Source: Patescibacteria group bacterium (GTDB lineage Bacteria; Patescibacteriota; Patescibacteriia; CAIXNZ01). Taken from it: a stretch of DNA of 64,000 bases. The stretch's first letter is position 1. The number at the start of each line of letters is the position of its first letter. Below the pieces are notes generated by a model. The model searched no databases, was not told the origin of the DNA, and was given only the letters and a program-made list of their open reading frames with translations. The stretch spans positions 1,932-65,931 of the forward strand of contig JBAZJU010000008.1 of NCBI GenBank assembly GCA_041651155.1. The letters run 5' to 3'. A program made the translations under genes and the position numbers. This document shows, piece after piece, positions 37,432 through 48,128 of the stretch.

Positions 37432-38337
37432 TTACTCAAGGGCTGCTTTGCCTCCGGCGATTTCTGCAATTTCTCTGGTAATCGCTGCCTGCCTTAATTG
37501 GTTATATGCCAATGTTAATTCTGAAATCATATCACCGGCAGCTTCATTGGCATTTCTCATGGCCAGCATCCTGGCTGAATGTTCAGCAGCATTGCTTTCC
37601 AAAACCGCCTGATAAATCTGGACCTCAAGCAGCCTGGGCAATAATACATCTAAGATAATTTGCGGCTTGGGTTCAAATAAATACTCAAAACTTTCTTTCT
37701 TGTTTTCCTGAATAACGTCTCCAATCTCTCCTAAAAATTTATCTCTAATTGTTTTAATGGGTAATATTTGCTTTACTCTGGGCACTTGTTTTAAGGCTGA
37801 AACATAATCAGTATAAACCAAGGCAATCTGATCATATTTTTTCTGTAAAAAATCAGTTAAAATCATTTTTTGGATTGGTCTTATTTCTTCTGAGTCTTTT
37901 AAAATATCAGGCTTAATAAATTCAGCCGCAACCTTTTGTCCTGATCTGGACATTGCTCTCGCTCCTTTTTTACCTAAACAAATTAATTCAACCTCCAAAT
38001 TTTCCTTAAGACTCTTTTGCTGTTTGATATATTCCACCGCAGTTTTAATCACTTGTTGGTTAAAAGATCCGCACAAACCGCGATTTGAAGTAATCAAAAC
38101 AACTGCCATTTTTTTAATTTCCTTACGGTTTCTTAATAATGGGTGGCGCTGAATTTTAATTTTTTGCGCCACATTTAAAATTAACTGCCAAGCCAGACTG
38201 GAATATGGCCTAGTCGCCAGAACAGAATTAACAGCACGCCGCATTTTTGAAGATGCGACCATTTCCATGGCTTTGGTAATCTTTTTTGTATTGCCAATTG
38301 ATTTTATTCTGTGCCTAATGTCCTTTGTATTTGGCAT
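37432..38337 (-). CDS. atpG: F1 ATP synthase gamma subunit
   Basis: 301 aa. Conserved C-terminus ITREIAEIAGGKAAL. Confidence 0.9.
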   Translation of the reverse strand: MPNTKDIRHRIKSIGNTKKITKAMEMVASSKMRRAVNSVLATRPYSSLAWQLILNVAQKIKIQRHPLLRNRKEIKKMAVVLITSNRGLCGSFNQQVIKTAVEYIKQQKSLKENLEVELICLGKKGARAMSRSGQKVAAEFIKPDILKDSEEIRPIQKMILTDFLQKKYDQIALVYTDYVSALKQVPRVKQILPIKTIRDKFLGEIGDVIQENKKESFEYLFEPKPQIILDVLLPRLLEVQIYQAVLESNAAEHSARMLAMRNANEAAGDMISELTLAYNQLRQAAITREIAEIAGGKAALE

Positions 38338-38402
38338 ATTTGAATTATGAGATATGAATTATGAAATCTTTAATCTATCATCTATAATCTAAAATCTACA
38401 AT

Positions 38403-39926
38403 CTATTTCACCAAGAAATCCAAGGTCTGTTTATACTCCTCAATTACTTTATTTAATTCTTTTACAATTTCTTCAGTTAATTCTTTTTTATCTGCGATTT
38501 GCTTTAATAATTTTTGGGAATTTAATTTTAGATATTTATGAAAACCAGTTTCAAAAATTTGCACTTTTTCTACAGGCACATCATCAAGCAACCCGTTAAT
38601 ACCGGCATAAATAATGGCAATTTCATGTTCAACAGCCATTGGCACGTATTGGTCTTGTTTTAAGATTTCCTGCATGCGCAAACCAAGGTTTAATTGTTTT
38701 TTGGTCGTTTCATCCAAATCAGAGCCAAACTGGGCAAAAGCAGCTATTTCCCGAAATTGAGCCATGTCTAGTTTTAATTTGCCGGCCACTTTTTTCATGG
38801 CCTTAACCTGGGCTGCTGAACCGACGCGCGAAACAGACAAGCCAGTATTTAATGCCGGGCGAATTCCCTGGTAAAAAAGATCCGATTCCAAATATATTTG
38901 GCCGTCAGTTATAGAAATTACATTAGTCGGAATATAGGCAGAAACATCTCCAGCCTGAGTTTCAATGATTGGCAAGGCTGTTAATGAACCGCCGCCATAT
39001 TTGGCATTTAATTTAGCGGCTCTTTCTAATAAGCGGGAATGCAAATAAAAAATATCTCCTGGATATGCTTCACGTCCTGGCGGTCGTCGTAAAAGTAAAG
39101 AAATCTGACGATAAGCCACAGCATGTTTAGAAAGATCATCATAAATGACTAAGACATCCTTACCCTGATCCATAAAATATTCACCCATGGCGCAGCCCGC
39201 ATAAGGCGCAATATATGATAAAGCAGCCGGATCAGAAGCGCCGGTCAGAACCACAATGGTATAATCCATGGCGCCGAATTTTTCCAGTTCAGCCACAATA
39301 CGCGCTACTTTTGATTCTTTTTGCGCAATCGCGACATAAATGCAAATTACATCTTGTCCTTTTTGATTAATAATTGCATCAATCGCAATCGCAGTTTTGC
39401 CTGTCTGTCTGTCGCCAATAATTAGTTCGCGTTGGCCGCGGCCAATTGGAATCATGCTGTCAATGGCTTTGATTCCGGTTTGTAATGGCTGTCTGACTGG
39501 TTCGCGGGTAATTACTCTGGGAGCGATTTTTTCAACAGGATAATTTTTATCGCTTTTAATTTCGCCTTTGCCATCCAAAGCCTTGCCCAAGGGATTAATT
39601 ACCCGGCCAATTAGCTTTTCACCAACAGGCACTGATAGAATCTTGCCGGTAGTTTTAACTTTATTGCCTTCTTTAATTTCCAAATAGTCGCCCAAAATTA
39701 TAGCGCCGACAGTATCTTCCTCCAAATTCAAGGCTAAGCCATAGACAGGCTCTTTCTCTGTCTCAAATTCCAACATTTCAGCAGACATGCAGTCAGCCAA
39801 GCCGGAAATCCTAGCAATGCCATCACCTACCTCAATTACTGAGCCGGTCTTTTCAACTTTAGCTTTGGCTTTAAAATCTTTAATTTGGGTTCTAAGCGCT
39901 TCCAGTACAAAATCTTTTGTAGACAT
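38403..39926 (-). CDS. atpA: F1 ATP synthase alpha subunit
   Basis: 507 aa. GDRQTGKT Walker A. Alpha-subunit alignment. Confidence 0.97.
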   Translation of the reverse strand: MSTKDFVLEALRTQIKDFKAKAKVEKTGSVIEVGDGIARISGLADCMSAEMLEFETEKEPVYGLALNLEEDTVGAIILGDYLEIKEGNKVKTTGKILSVPVGEKLIGRVINPLGKALDGKGEIKSDKNYPVEKIAPRVITREPVRQPLQTGIKAIDSMIPIGRGQRELIIGDRQTGKTAIAIDAIINQKGQDVICIYVAIAQKESKVARIVAELEKFGAMDYTIVVLTGASDPAALSYIAPYAGCAMGEYFMDQGKDVLVIYDDLSKHAVAYRQISLLLRRPPGREAYPGDIFYLHSRLLERAAKLNAKYGGGSLTALPIIETQAGDVSAYIPTNVISITDGQIYLESDLFYQGIRPALNTGLSVSRVGSAAQVKAMKKVAGKLKLDMAQFREIAAFAQFGSDLDETTKKQLNLGLRMQEILKQDQYVPMAVEHEIAIIYAGINGLLDDVPVEKVQIFETGFHKYLKLNSQKLLKQIADKKELTEEIVKELNKVIEEYKQTLDFLVK

Positions 39927-39964
39927 ATAATTTAAATATGAATTATGAATTATGAACTATGAAA

Positions 39965-40369
39965 TTATGATTTAAATTGATTCCTTAATAGCTCCAGTCT
40001 GGTCTTTATACTGTCATCATAAATAGTATCACCGATTTTAACAATCAAGCCGCCAAGCAAAGAAGCATCTGTCTGCTCAATAAAATTGATTTTTTTAACG
40101 CCTCTGGATTCCTTGAATTTTTTCTCTAAGCTTTCTTTTATTGCCTTATCAACAGCTTTAGCTGAAAATAATTCCACATCTAAAATTCCTTCCTGTTTTT
40201 TACTATACGTATCAAAAGCTGACACAATCTCATCAGCATTTTTTAAATTTTTATTTTTAACCAGATAACTAAATAAATTCTCAACTTTAAGCTTAATTTG
40301 TTTTTTGTCCAAATCTTTAGTTTCTTCATACAATGCCTGCGCAATTTTTTTAGCTGATATTTTTTTCAT
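39965..40369 (-). CDS. atpH: F1 ATP synthase delta subunit (short form)
   Basis: 134 aa. Position between atpF and atpA. The C-terminus is delta/OSCP-like. Confidence 0.65.
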   Translation of the reverse strand: MKKISAKKIAQALYEETKDLDKKQIKLKVENLFSYLVKNKNLKNADEIVSAFDTYSKKQEGILDVELFSAKAVDKAIKESLEKKFKESRGVKKINFIEQTDASLLGGLIVKIGDTIYDDSIKTRLELLRNQFKS

Positions 40370-40386
40370 AAAATGGCTTTATGGCC

Positions 40387-40893
40387 TTATGGCTTAACGC
40401 CAATATCTTTTACCGCCTCATTAATTATTTTCTTATCAATTTCTTTGTTTAGTTCCACGGACAAAACTTTTTTTGTCGCCGCAACCACCAAATCACCTAT
40501 TTCAGCCTTGACCTCGCCAACCATTTTGTCTTTTTCACTGGCTAATTGTATTTTCCCGCTGGCCACTAATTTTTCAATCTCTCCTTTGGCTTGACTTATC
40601 ATCTGTCTTTTATTGTTTTCAGCTTCCTGGCTGGCTTTTTCTAAAATTAATTCCGATTCTTTTTTTGCTGCGTTTAAAGTTTTCAATCTGTCTCTTTCAG
40701 CCTGAGCCAGTTTTTCTTCAAAATTTTTGGCATCTTTCAGGCCATTTTCAATCTTAGCAGTTCTTTCTCTCATTATTTTCATTAAAGGTTTGAGCGCAAA
40801 AAACCACAAAACCACGGCCACTATCAAAAAATTAACTAATTGGGCAATAATAAGCTTTAAGTCCAGATGAAATGTTTGTATTAATGAATTCAT
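40387..40893 (-). CDS. atpF: Fo ATP synthase b subunit
   Basis: 168 aa. Single N-terminal TM followed by a long charged helix. Confidence 0.75.
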   Translation of the reverse strand: MNSLIQTFHLDLKLIIAQLVNFLIVAVVLWFFALKPLMKIMRERTAKIENGLKDAKNFEEKLAQAERDRLKTLNAAKKESELILEKASQEAENNKRQMISQAKGEIEKLVASGKIQLASEKDKMVGEVKAEIGDLVVAATKKVLSVELNKEIDKKIINEAVKDIGVKP

Positions 40894-40925
40894 AATGTTG
40901 ATAAATAATAATAGAAAACTTATTA

Positions 40926-41004
40926 CTACAGATTACAGATATTTACAGATTTACAAATTTTTGAGATTTTCATTAGTATTTCTGTATGAATCTGTAATCT
41001 GTAG
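40926..41004. mobile_element. 79-bp MITE-like element with perfect 15-bp terminal inverted repeats (CTACAGATTACAGAT ... ATCTGTAATCTGTAG), between atpF and atpE
   Basis: Read directly from the sequence. A second copy lies at 43674-43754. Confidence 0.65.
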
Positions 41005-41060
41005 TCAAAATAATTACTTGCTCAAGGAGGCAAATTTTGTCTCCTTGGTGTAAATAATCA

Positions 41061-41318
<258 letters not shown>

Positions 41319-41336
41319 TTAAAGTCGTTCGCCAGC

Positions 41337-41402
41337 AGAATTAAGAATTAAAAGTTAAAAACTAAGTTATTCCCTAATTCTTAATTCTAAATTCTTAATT
41401 CT
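41337..41402. repeat. inverted-repeat element between atpE and atpB (agaattaagaatt ... aattcttaattct x2)
   Basis: 13-bp arm with two tandem copies of its reverse complement. Read directly from the sequence. Confidence 0.55.
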
Positions 41403-41410
41403 AAATAATT

Positions 41411-42292
41411 TCAATGCTCTTCTTTAGTAGTTGCAATCGTCATATAAACCAGAGTCAAAATCGCAAAAATTAAAGCTTGAATCATACCTACAACTAATTC
41501 TAAGAACATAAAAGGTATTGGCACCAAAAACGCGAACAAAGCTGCCATGGATGCCAAAAGCACTTCGCCTGCAAAAATATTACCAAAAAGACGAAATGAC
41601 AGCGAAGCAACCTTGGCAATCTCGCCTATTATTTCCACCAAGCCCACAAAGGCCTTAATTGGATTAACCAAAACTACGGTCGGTTCTTTAATTATCTTCT
41701 TGGGAATCTCTAAAAATGCTTTAATATTGATAAATTTATTAACGTAAGTCCACGTCCCGACCATGATCATGCCTACTATATTAGCGCCGATAACTGAGAA
41801 TAACGCCAAGGCCAATGTTGTATTTAAATCAGCCGTGCCGCCGCGAAAAAATGGAATGAAAACCTTATGGCCTTCTTCCAGCGCGTAAAAACCGATTGAA
41901 CCAATACCAGGCAATAGGCCGAGCCAATTATTCAATAAAATAAAAACAAATAACGCGAAAACAATGGGGAAAAATTTTAAAGTTTTTTCTCGGCTGCCAG
42001 TAACTGAATCACATAAATCTAAGGCTCCTTCCACAATAATTTCCATGGCATTCTGAATTCCTTTTGGTATTTTTTTTATTTTCCAATGCAGGACCAAAGA
42101 AACAATAACTACAATCATCACTACCAACCAGCTATTTAACAGCGAATTAGTCACCGTAAATCCGCCTAAATTAAAAACCGGCTCAGCAAATAAAGTCGGC
42201 TTTTCTCCAGTGCTAGCCTGGGCTTCACTAGTTGCAGCCGCATTATTTTCAAAATCAAATATATTTTGTCCTTGTTCACTATTTTCGGTCAT
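41411..42292 (-). CDS. atpB: Fo ATP synthase a subunit
   Basis: 293 aa. Conserved R-containing helix (LSFRLFGNIFAGE). Confidence 0.85.
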   Translation of the reverse strand: MTENSEQGQNIFDFENNAAATSEAQASTGEKPTLFAEPVFNLGGFTVTNSLLNSWLVVMIVVIVSLVLHWKIKKIPKGIQNAMEIIVEGALDLCDSVTGSREKTLKFFPIVFALFVFILLNNWLGLLPGIGSIGFYALEEGHKVFIPFFRGGTADLNTTLALALFSVIGANIVGMIMVGTWTYVNKFINIKAFLEIPKKIIKEPTVVLVNPIKAFVGLVEIIGEIAKVASLSFRLFGNIFAGEVLLASMAALFAFLVPIPFMFLELVVGMIQALIFAILTLVYMTIATTKEEH

Positions 42293-42599
42293 CTTTTTTA
42301 TTTATTTCTTTATTATTGAATTTTTCCATTTGCTTAATCGCCCCTGTCGCTTCTTTAACCATGCCAAACATGGAAATCGTAAAAGCCACAATCACCGTGG
42401 CTAAAAATAACCAGGGCTTGGTATTGAATCTCTGATCCAGCCATCTGCCTAAAAATACCCCGATTATAATCGGCGCTACAATCCAGCCGCTTAACTGAAC
42501 AAAGATAGTAATTCCTGGCTGCCACCAGGGTACATTTACTTTTTGCTCTATTTTCTTTTCATCTTCCATCTTCTTTTTTCTTAATTCTAAAGTCTGCAT
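42279..42599 (-). CDS. AtpZ/AtpI-like small membrane protein at the head of the atp operon
   Basis: 106 aa, two TM helices. Overlaps the atpB start. Confidence 0.45.
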   Translation of the reverse strand: MQTLELRKKKMEDEKKIEQKVNVPWWQPGITIFVQLSGWIVAPIIIGVFLGRWLDQRFNTKPWLFLATVIVAFTISMFGMVKEATGAIKQMEKFNNKEINKKDDRK

Positions 42600-42794
42600 T
42601 CTAAATAAAAAAAGCTCCTCACGAGTCTTATGTTTTTACCTAAAATAGTTTTCCACAATTTTAGGATTCACTCCTAATTTTATAACAAAAAGAAGAAAAA
42701 ATCAAGCCTCCTGAAAAATTATCCCCACAAATTTGCAAAAAATCTTCGGCTTAAAATTTTAAAAGGCTAATTTTAGCCAAATTATAAGTAATAT

Positions 42795-43670
42795 TTATAG
42801 TTTAAATAAATTGCTTGCGTTCTCAAAGGTGGCCCTTTCAACTTCTTCAAACGTCATTTGTTTTAAATCAGCAATTTTCTGCACAACATATTGCACATAA
42901 GAAGGTTCATTTCTCTGTCCGCGATAAGGCTCTGGCGCCAAAAATGGCGCGTCTGTTTCCACTAAAATTTTATCTAAGGCAATCTCACTAGCTATCTGCT
43001 GTAATTCTTTGGCATTTTTAAAAGTCACAATGCCAGTAAACCCAATATAAAATCCTAAATCAATAAATTTTAAAGCCTGATCTAATGTCCCGCCAAAACA
43101 ATGAACAACTCCCCTTTTCCCGTCTGAACGCCAATCGCCAAGTACCAATTCCAAAACTTCCAGCATTGTATTATAAGCGCCATAAGGATCTTTTTCCTCG
43201 CCTCGGCAATGCAAAATTAATGGCAAGTCAGTTTCTTTGGCTAAATTAATAAATTCGCGAAAAATATTTATCTGCATTTCTTTAACTTCAGTGAGCGGAT
43301 GTTTAGAATCTGCTAAACGGAAAAAATCCAAACCAGTTTCACCCAAGCCCACTACCCTATCGCTTGATTTGGCTAATTCCAAATATTTATTATAATTAAA
43401 TTTTTCTCTGGGAGTAAAAAAAACAGTTTCTTTGCCATCAAATTCAGATCTTTCTTCTATATCTTTAATTAAGTGGATTGGATGCACACCAACAGCAGCC
43501 CAAACCCCCAAGCCAAATTTATTCGCAATTTCTACTGCTTTTTGGCTAGATTCATAATTAGAACCAACATTAATCAGCCAGGTTTTATTATCTAAAGAAC
43601 GCTGAATTACCTCATTTAATTCAGCGTCGTATTCTTTAAAATTTATATGCGCGTGCGAATCAATAAGCAT
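42795..43670 (-). CDS. tatD: TatD-family metal-dependent DNase/hydrolase
   Basis: 291 aa. MLIDSHAHIN start. TatD motifs: HCRG, GETGLD, VETDAPFL. Confidence 0.8.
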   Translation of the reverse strand: MLIDSHAHINFKEYDAELNEVIQRSLDNKTWLINVGSNYESSQKAVEIANKFGLGVWAAVGVHPIHLIKDIEERSEFDGKETVFFTPREKFNYNKYLELAKSSDRVVGLGETGLDFFRLADSKHPLTEVKEMQINIFREFINLAKETDLPLILHCRGEEKDPYGAYNTMLEVLELVLGDWRSDGKRGVVHCFGGTLDQALKFIDLGFYIGFTGIVTFKNAKELQQIASEIALDKILVETDAPFLAPEPYRGQRNEPSYVQYVVQKIADLKQMTFEEVERATFENASNLFKL

Positions 43671-43673
43671 AGG

Positions 43674-43754
43674 CTACAGATTACGGATAAATACAAATTT
43701 ACAGATAAATATAACTTTATAATTCGTATATCTGTACAAATCTGTAATCTGTAG
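43674..43754. mobile_element. 81-bp MITE-like element, second copy (TIR ctacagattacggat ... atctgtaatctgtag, 14/15 match), between tatD and cvpA
   Basis: Read directly from the sequence. Terminal repeats are shared with the element at 40926-41004. Confidence 0.65.
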
Positions 43755-43756
43755 AA

Positions 43757-44266
43757 TTAAATTACAGAATGAATCTGCCTTAATAATTCTGGCAGCATCA
43801 GCTGGAGGATCTTTGAGGTTGTAATAAACCAAGGCGCGACTGTGGAAGCTTCCAAAACAGAAGTAAACCAATCTGACAAAGGGAATCGAGCTATGATAAA
43901 TAAAGATAGGCCAATAACTAAGACCCCTTCAAAAAACCCCAAAATACCGCCGAACAAGCGATTTATTGTTTTTAAAAAAGGGATTATTGTCAAAAAATTA
44001 AAAATTTTATTCAGCACATAAAAAGCAAAACCGATTAAGCGATTTAAAATAATAAAAATGAAAATAAAAGCAAAAATACGCATCAAATTCGGATGGCCAA
44101 AAATTGATTCCAACCAGCTGCCCAATGGTTCAAACCACAGTCCGGCGAAAAAAGCCCCGGCAAATGTGCCGATAATCGCGCCTAGAGTATGAATTAACCC
44201 AAACCATAAGCCAAACATCACAAATCCACCCAAGAGTATTAACAAAACAACATCAAATATTGTCAT
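43757..44266 (-). CDS. cvpA: CvpA-family membrane protein
   Basis: 169 aa, 4 TM. CvpA-like pattern. Confidence 0.6.
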   Translation of the reverse strand: MTIFDVVLLILLGGFVMFGLWFGLIHTLGAIIGTFAGAFFAGLWFEPLGSWLESIFGHPNLMRIFAFIFIFIILNRLIGFAFYVLNKIFNFLTIIPFLKTINRLFGGILGFFEGVLVIGLSLFIIARFPLSDWFTSVLEASTVAPWFITTSKILQLMLPELLRQIHSVI

Positions 44267-44513
44267 AAAATTGAGTTATTAAATGATTTTATATTTATAG
44301 TCTGCAGCTCTGCTTTGCAGAACAGAGGACTACTCGTAGTCCGAAGCTTTAGCGAAGGACTACATCCACTCCTTCATGAACCAATAAAGCAAGACCAAAA
44401 CCAAAACAATCAAAAAATAAATATAAAATGGGACGTGCACCATATTTTTTTATTAAAAAATTGCTTTAATAAGCTGTTTTTATTATACCTCAATTCATTT
44501 TTTAAATAAAGTC

Positions 44514-44542
44514 TTGACATTTTTAAGCAGATTTTTTATAAT
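44514..44542 (+). promoter_or_regulatory. perfect sigma70 consensus promoter: TTGACA, 17-nt spacer, TATAAT
   Basis: ttgaca at 44514-44519 and tataat at 44537-44542. Spacer is exactly 17 nt. About 45 nt upstream of the small ORF at 44587. Confidence 0.6.
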
Positions 44543-44586
44543 ACAATTAATTTGTAAAATCTACCAAAAAAGGAGGACGCCAAGAA

Positions 44587-44670
44587 ATGAAAGCCAAACG
44601 AGGGGGCATTCCGTTAAATCCGGAAGACGAAGAAGAAGAACAAAAAAAACAAGAACCCGAAGAATATTAA
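44587..44670 (+). CDS. 27-aa acidic peptide (MKAKRGGIPLNPEDEEEEQKKQEPEEY)
   Basis: Consensus SD AAAGGAGG 8 nt upstream of the ATG. Consensus promoter upstream. Strong terminator directly downstream. Below the ORF-track size cutoff. Confidence 0.35.
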   Translation: MKAKRGGIPLNPEDEEEEQKKQEPEEY

Positions 44671-44710
44671 TTCAAACCCCTTAACTCAACATTTTCATTT
44701 CCAAGAACCA

Positions 44711-44742
44711 ACAAGCTGCGCCTAGGCGCAGCTTCTTTTTTT
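44711..44742 (+). terminator. strong intrinsic terminator (22-bp perfect palindrome aagctgcgcctaggcgcagctt plus a T8 run)
   Basis: Read directly from the sequence. May also serve convergent metG weakly. Confidence 0.8.
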
Positions 44743-44745
44743 AAA

Positions 44746-46296
44746 TTATTCTAATCTTGGAAATAAGGCTGAACCTTTTTTAATTTTCTGACCCAAAGGC
44801 AGACTCGCCCAGGTTCTCAATTCTTCAATAGACTTTTTTTCTTCTTTGGCAGGATCAAAACCTAACTGGCTTAAGATTTCATTGCCGGTTTGAGGCATAA
44901 ACGGCCAGATCATGATTGCTGTCTGGCGCAAGGTTTCTAAAAGATTATACATTACGTCAACTAATACCTTGGGATTGCTCTTTGCCAGTTCCCAGGGTTT
45001 TTCCTTATCAATGTAAGCATTGCAACGCCTGATATTTTCCCAGGCAACGTTCAGAGCTTCGTCAAACTTTAAATTCCTCAGGAAAAAGTCATATCTGTCC
45101 CAGTCTGTTTTTAAATCAAAAGCAAAAAATTTGTCATAATCAACATTGTATTTTGGCACCACGCTATTATTATATTTTTCAGACATGGACAGCACTCGCG
45201 AAAGCAGATTGCCAAATTCATTAGCCAGGGCAGAATTATACTGTTGGTCTAATCTGGCTTTATTAAAATCACCGTCAGTCCCAAAGCCAAACTGCGATAA
45301 AAGCAGATACCTGGTGGCATCAGTGCCATATTTGGCGATTAATTCCTCAGGCAAAATCACATTGCCAATTGTCTTACTCATTTTCTGGCCATCCACAGTA
45401 AAAAATCCATGGGCAAAAACTATTTTTGGCAAAGGCAATTTTAAGGCCAAAAGCATGGCAGGCCAAATCACTGCGTGGAATTTTAAAATATCTTTAGCCA
45501 TTAAATGTACATTGGCAGGCCAGAATTTTTTATATAATTTTCCTTTTGGGCCGCCCAGGGCAGAGACATAATTTATTAAAGCATCAAACCAGACATAAAC
45601 TACTTGCTTTTCATCAAACGGCAATTTAATCCCCCATTTTACCTGTTCGCGTGAAATGGAAACGTCTTTTAAGCCAGTATTAATCAAACCCAAAATTTCA
45701 TTTTTTCTTGATTCAGGCATGATTAATAATTCATTTTTTTCAATCAGCTCTTTTAATTTTTGCCCGTAATCAGAAAGCCTGAAAAACCAGTTTTTTTCCT
45801 TAATCATCTGGCAGACTTTCTGGTGATCAACGCATTTATCATCAACTAATTCACTCTCAGTTTTGAATGATTCACAACCAACACAATACAAGCCTTCATA
45901 TTCCTTCTCATACAAGCAGTCATTGCCTAAAGGAGTTTTGGCTTTTTTCAGCTGCTTTAAAAATTCCACTACAACTTTCTTATGCCTGCTTTCAGTTGTG
46001 CGGATAAAATCATTATTGGAAATATCCAGGCTATCCCAGACAAGCTGAAATTTAGCTGCTTCCATATCAACAAATTCTTGCGGGCTCATGTTGTTCCTCT
46101 CTGCTGCCTGCGCTATTTTTGCTCCATGTTCATCTGTGCCTGCTAAAAAATAGACGTTGTCAGCGCCTAAAAGCATGCGATGATAGCGCGCTAAAACATC
46201 TGCGGCAATTGTGGTATAGGCATGCCCAATATGTGGCACATCATTCACATAATAAATCGGCGTGGTTACGTAAAATGTTTCTTGTTTTTTCGGCAT
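44746..46296 (-). CDS. metG: methionyl-tRNA synthetase
   Basis: 516 aa. HIGH motif (PHIGHAYT) and KMSKT motif. Zn knuckle CVGCESF...C.DH. Confidence 0.93.
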   Translation of the reverse strand: MPKKQETFYVTTPIYYVNDVPHIGHAYTTIAADVLARYHRMLLGADNVYFLAGTDEHGAKIAQAAERNNMSPQEFVDMEAAKFQLVWDSLDISNNDFIRTTESRHKKVVVEFLKQLKKAKTPLGNDCLYEKEYEGLYCVGCESFKTESELVDDKCVDHQKVCQMIKEKNWFFRLSDYGQKLKELIEKNELLIMPESRKNEILGLINTGLKDVSISREQVKWGIKLPFDEKQVVYVWFDALINYVSALGGPKGKLYKKFWPANVHLMAKDILKFHAVIWPAMLLALKLPLPKIVFAHGFFTVDGQKMSKTIGNVILPEELIAKYGTDATRYLLLSQFGFGTDGDFNKARLDQQYNSALANEFGNLLSRVLSMSEKYNNSVVPKYNVDYDKFFAFDLKTDWDRYDFFLRNLKFDEALNVAWENIRRCNAYIDKEKPWELAKSNPKVLVDVMYNLLETLRQTAIMIWPFMPQTGNEILSQLGFDPAKEEKKSIEELRTWASLPLGQKIKKGSALFPRLE

Positions 46297-46312
46297 AATA
46301 AAAATTTTTATA

Positions 46313-46349
46313 CCCTGCTTTAGCAGGATAATAGCCCACTAAAGTGGGG
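46313..46349. other. twin hairpin with TTTA and TAAA loops (ccctgcTTTAgcaggg + cccacTAAAgtgggg), 17 nt upstream of the metG start
   Basis: Read directly from the sequence. Same design as the inner hairpins of 48129-48224. Confidence 0.6.
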
Positions 46350-46386
46350 TGTAAATTATGATAATTTAAAAATCAAAAATAAAATT

Positions 46387-46779
46387 TTATCTTTTCCATT
46401 CTTTAATATCCGGGGAAAAATCTAATTGATAATCGGGAATACCTAAAGAAATCCCATATTTAGTTACCTCGTCATATTCAGCTTTTTCACTGCGATTAAC
46501 TTTAAAAACTTTATCTCTAAAAATAATATAATGAAATTGATCGTTTTTAAAATCAGCATACCAATTCCCATGACTTATATCCAATGATTGACTAATCTTT
46601 TCTGCAATCTCCTGAATCTCATTTTCCGGAATTTCAACGGTATGCAATGTCCATTGTTTAAGATGAGGAGTATGATGTTCTTCGGTTACAGTTTCAATTT
46701 TAGTATCCAAAATTTTGACTTTTTCCAAAATGTCTTTATTAATTAAACTTTCTTCAATTATTGTACCCTGAAAATTCAT
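46387..46779 (-). CDS. hypothetical protein (130 aa)
   Basis: ORF only. Confidence 0.3.
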   Translation of the reverse strand: MNFQGTIIEESLINKDILEKVKILDTKIETVTEEHHTPHLKQWTLHTVEIPENEIQEIAEKISQSLDISHGNWYADFKNDQFHYIIFRDKVFKVNRSEKAEYDEVTKYGISLGIPDYQLDFSPDIKEWKR

Positions 46780-46785
46780 ATTATT

Positions 46786-47130
46786 TTATTTTTTATTAAT
46801 AGATAATCTTTTAGTAATTTTACTAATAGCTAGCAATAAAAAGAAAATTGGTACTGCAAAAATTAAAAAATCTATTATAAAAATAAAAACATTTATATGT
46901 GTATTACCCCATGCATTATTTCCAAATTCTAATGGATAGCCTCGATAAGACGTGGCGCAATCTAGGCAAGAGAAGTGCGTAAGGCCAGTTGTCGGATCAT
47001 ATTGAGACACTCCTGTTGAAAATTCAAAATTTAACTCAAAAATCATTATCGCCGAAGCAATTAATAAAGATATTATTAAAATTAAATAATTCTTTTTAAA
47101 AAAATTTTCTTTTGATAAATTTTGATTCAT
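46786..47130 (-). CDS. hypothetical membrane protein (114 aa)
   Basis: Two TM helices. ORF only. Confidence 0.3.
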   Translation of the reverse strand: MNQNLSKENFFKKNYLILIISLLIASAIMIFELNFEFSTGVSQYDPTTGLTHFSCLDCATSYRGYPLEFGNNAWGNTHINVFIFIIDFLIFAVPIFFLLLAISKITKRLSINKK

Positions 47131-47159
47131 AGTTTTAATGTTAAAAATTTAAGTTTAAA

Positions 47160-48086
47160 TTATATTATTTTATTTTTTAAACTTACGACATTTTTATTTA
47201 ATTCCTCATCTGCAGGTAATCCATATTTTTTCCTAAAATTAATAATTCTTATTAAATTTTCTTCATCTGCCGAAGCATTTATTTTTGCCAAATTATTCAG
47301 AGCGCCTTTGCCTAGAGACATTATTAATTTAGCAATTTTTTCTATTCCACCATTGAAATAGACCCTTATAAACTCACGTATGATAGGCTCTTCACTTTCA
47401 TAAATAGTGCTATTAAGCATGGCAAGTTTTCGACATAAATCAAAAAATAAATTTTCAAAACTTTTATAACAATCAAATTTTTCTTTGTTGCTTAAATTTT
47501 CAATTGCTAAAGACGGAGCAGAAACTGGAAGCTCTATTTTATCTTTAACATAATCAAAATAACATACATTCGTTAAAAAAACAGTCATTGCTTCGTTTAA
47601 GCCTTGGAAGTCAGGCTCATTTAAATCCACCCTCAGCCCAACTTTTAAATTTTTCAACTCAAATTGTTCTTTATTCCTTTTAATTCTTGTTTTTTGATTA
47701 GAACTGGCATGAAGTAATTCATGGCAAAATATCATTAATTTTGTTAATTCATCCCATTTTTTGTACCGTTGTTCATTTACATAAATCCCTCCGCTCCTGT
47801 AAAAAGCTCCTACTTGCTCATTAGATTCTTTAATAAAATCTTCGCGTGGCAATAGATGCAGCATTTCTAATTTAATATCCAGTGGTTTTACCCCATAATT
47901 ATTTGCCAAGTCAGTAACTATCTCCTTGGCTTTTGTAAAAAATTTTATAAATTGTGGATCTTTTTCCAATTCATTTTCATTTTTTACAGAAGCATACCCT
48001 TCTAAATAATCACTCGCTTCGCTATCAGTCTTTTTTTTACCTTCATCTATTATTTGAATGTTAAATTTTGGTTTTTCTGAATTCAT
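47160..48086 (-). CDS. hypothetical protein with an HExxH motif (putative zinc metallopeptidase-like)
   Basis: 308 aa. FCHELLHASSNQ contains HELLH. No further support. Confidence 0.3.
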   Translation of the reverse strand: MNSEKPKFNIQIIDEGKKKTDSEASDYLEGYASVKNENELEKDPQFIKFFTKAKEIVTDLANNYGVKPLDIKLEMLHLLPREDFIKESNEQVGAFYRSGGIYVNEQRYKKWDELTKLMIFCHELLHASSNQKTRIKRNKEQFELKNLKVGLRVDLNEPDFQGLNEAMTVFLTNVCYFDYVKDKIELPVSAPSLAIENLSNKEKFDCYKSFENLFFDLCRKLAMLNSTIYESEEPIIREFIRVYFNGGIEKIAKLIMSLGKGALNNLAKINASADEENLIRIINFRKKYGLPADEELNKNVVSLKNKII

Positions 48087-48128
48087 AAATCCTTTAATTT
48101 TTCAGCCTATATTATCTTATTTTTTATT

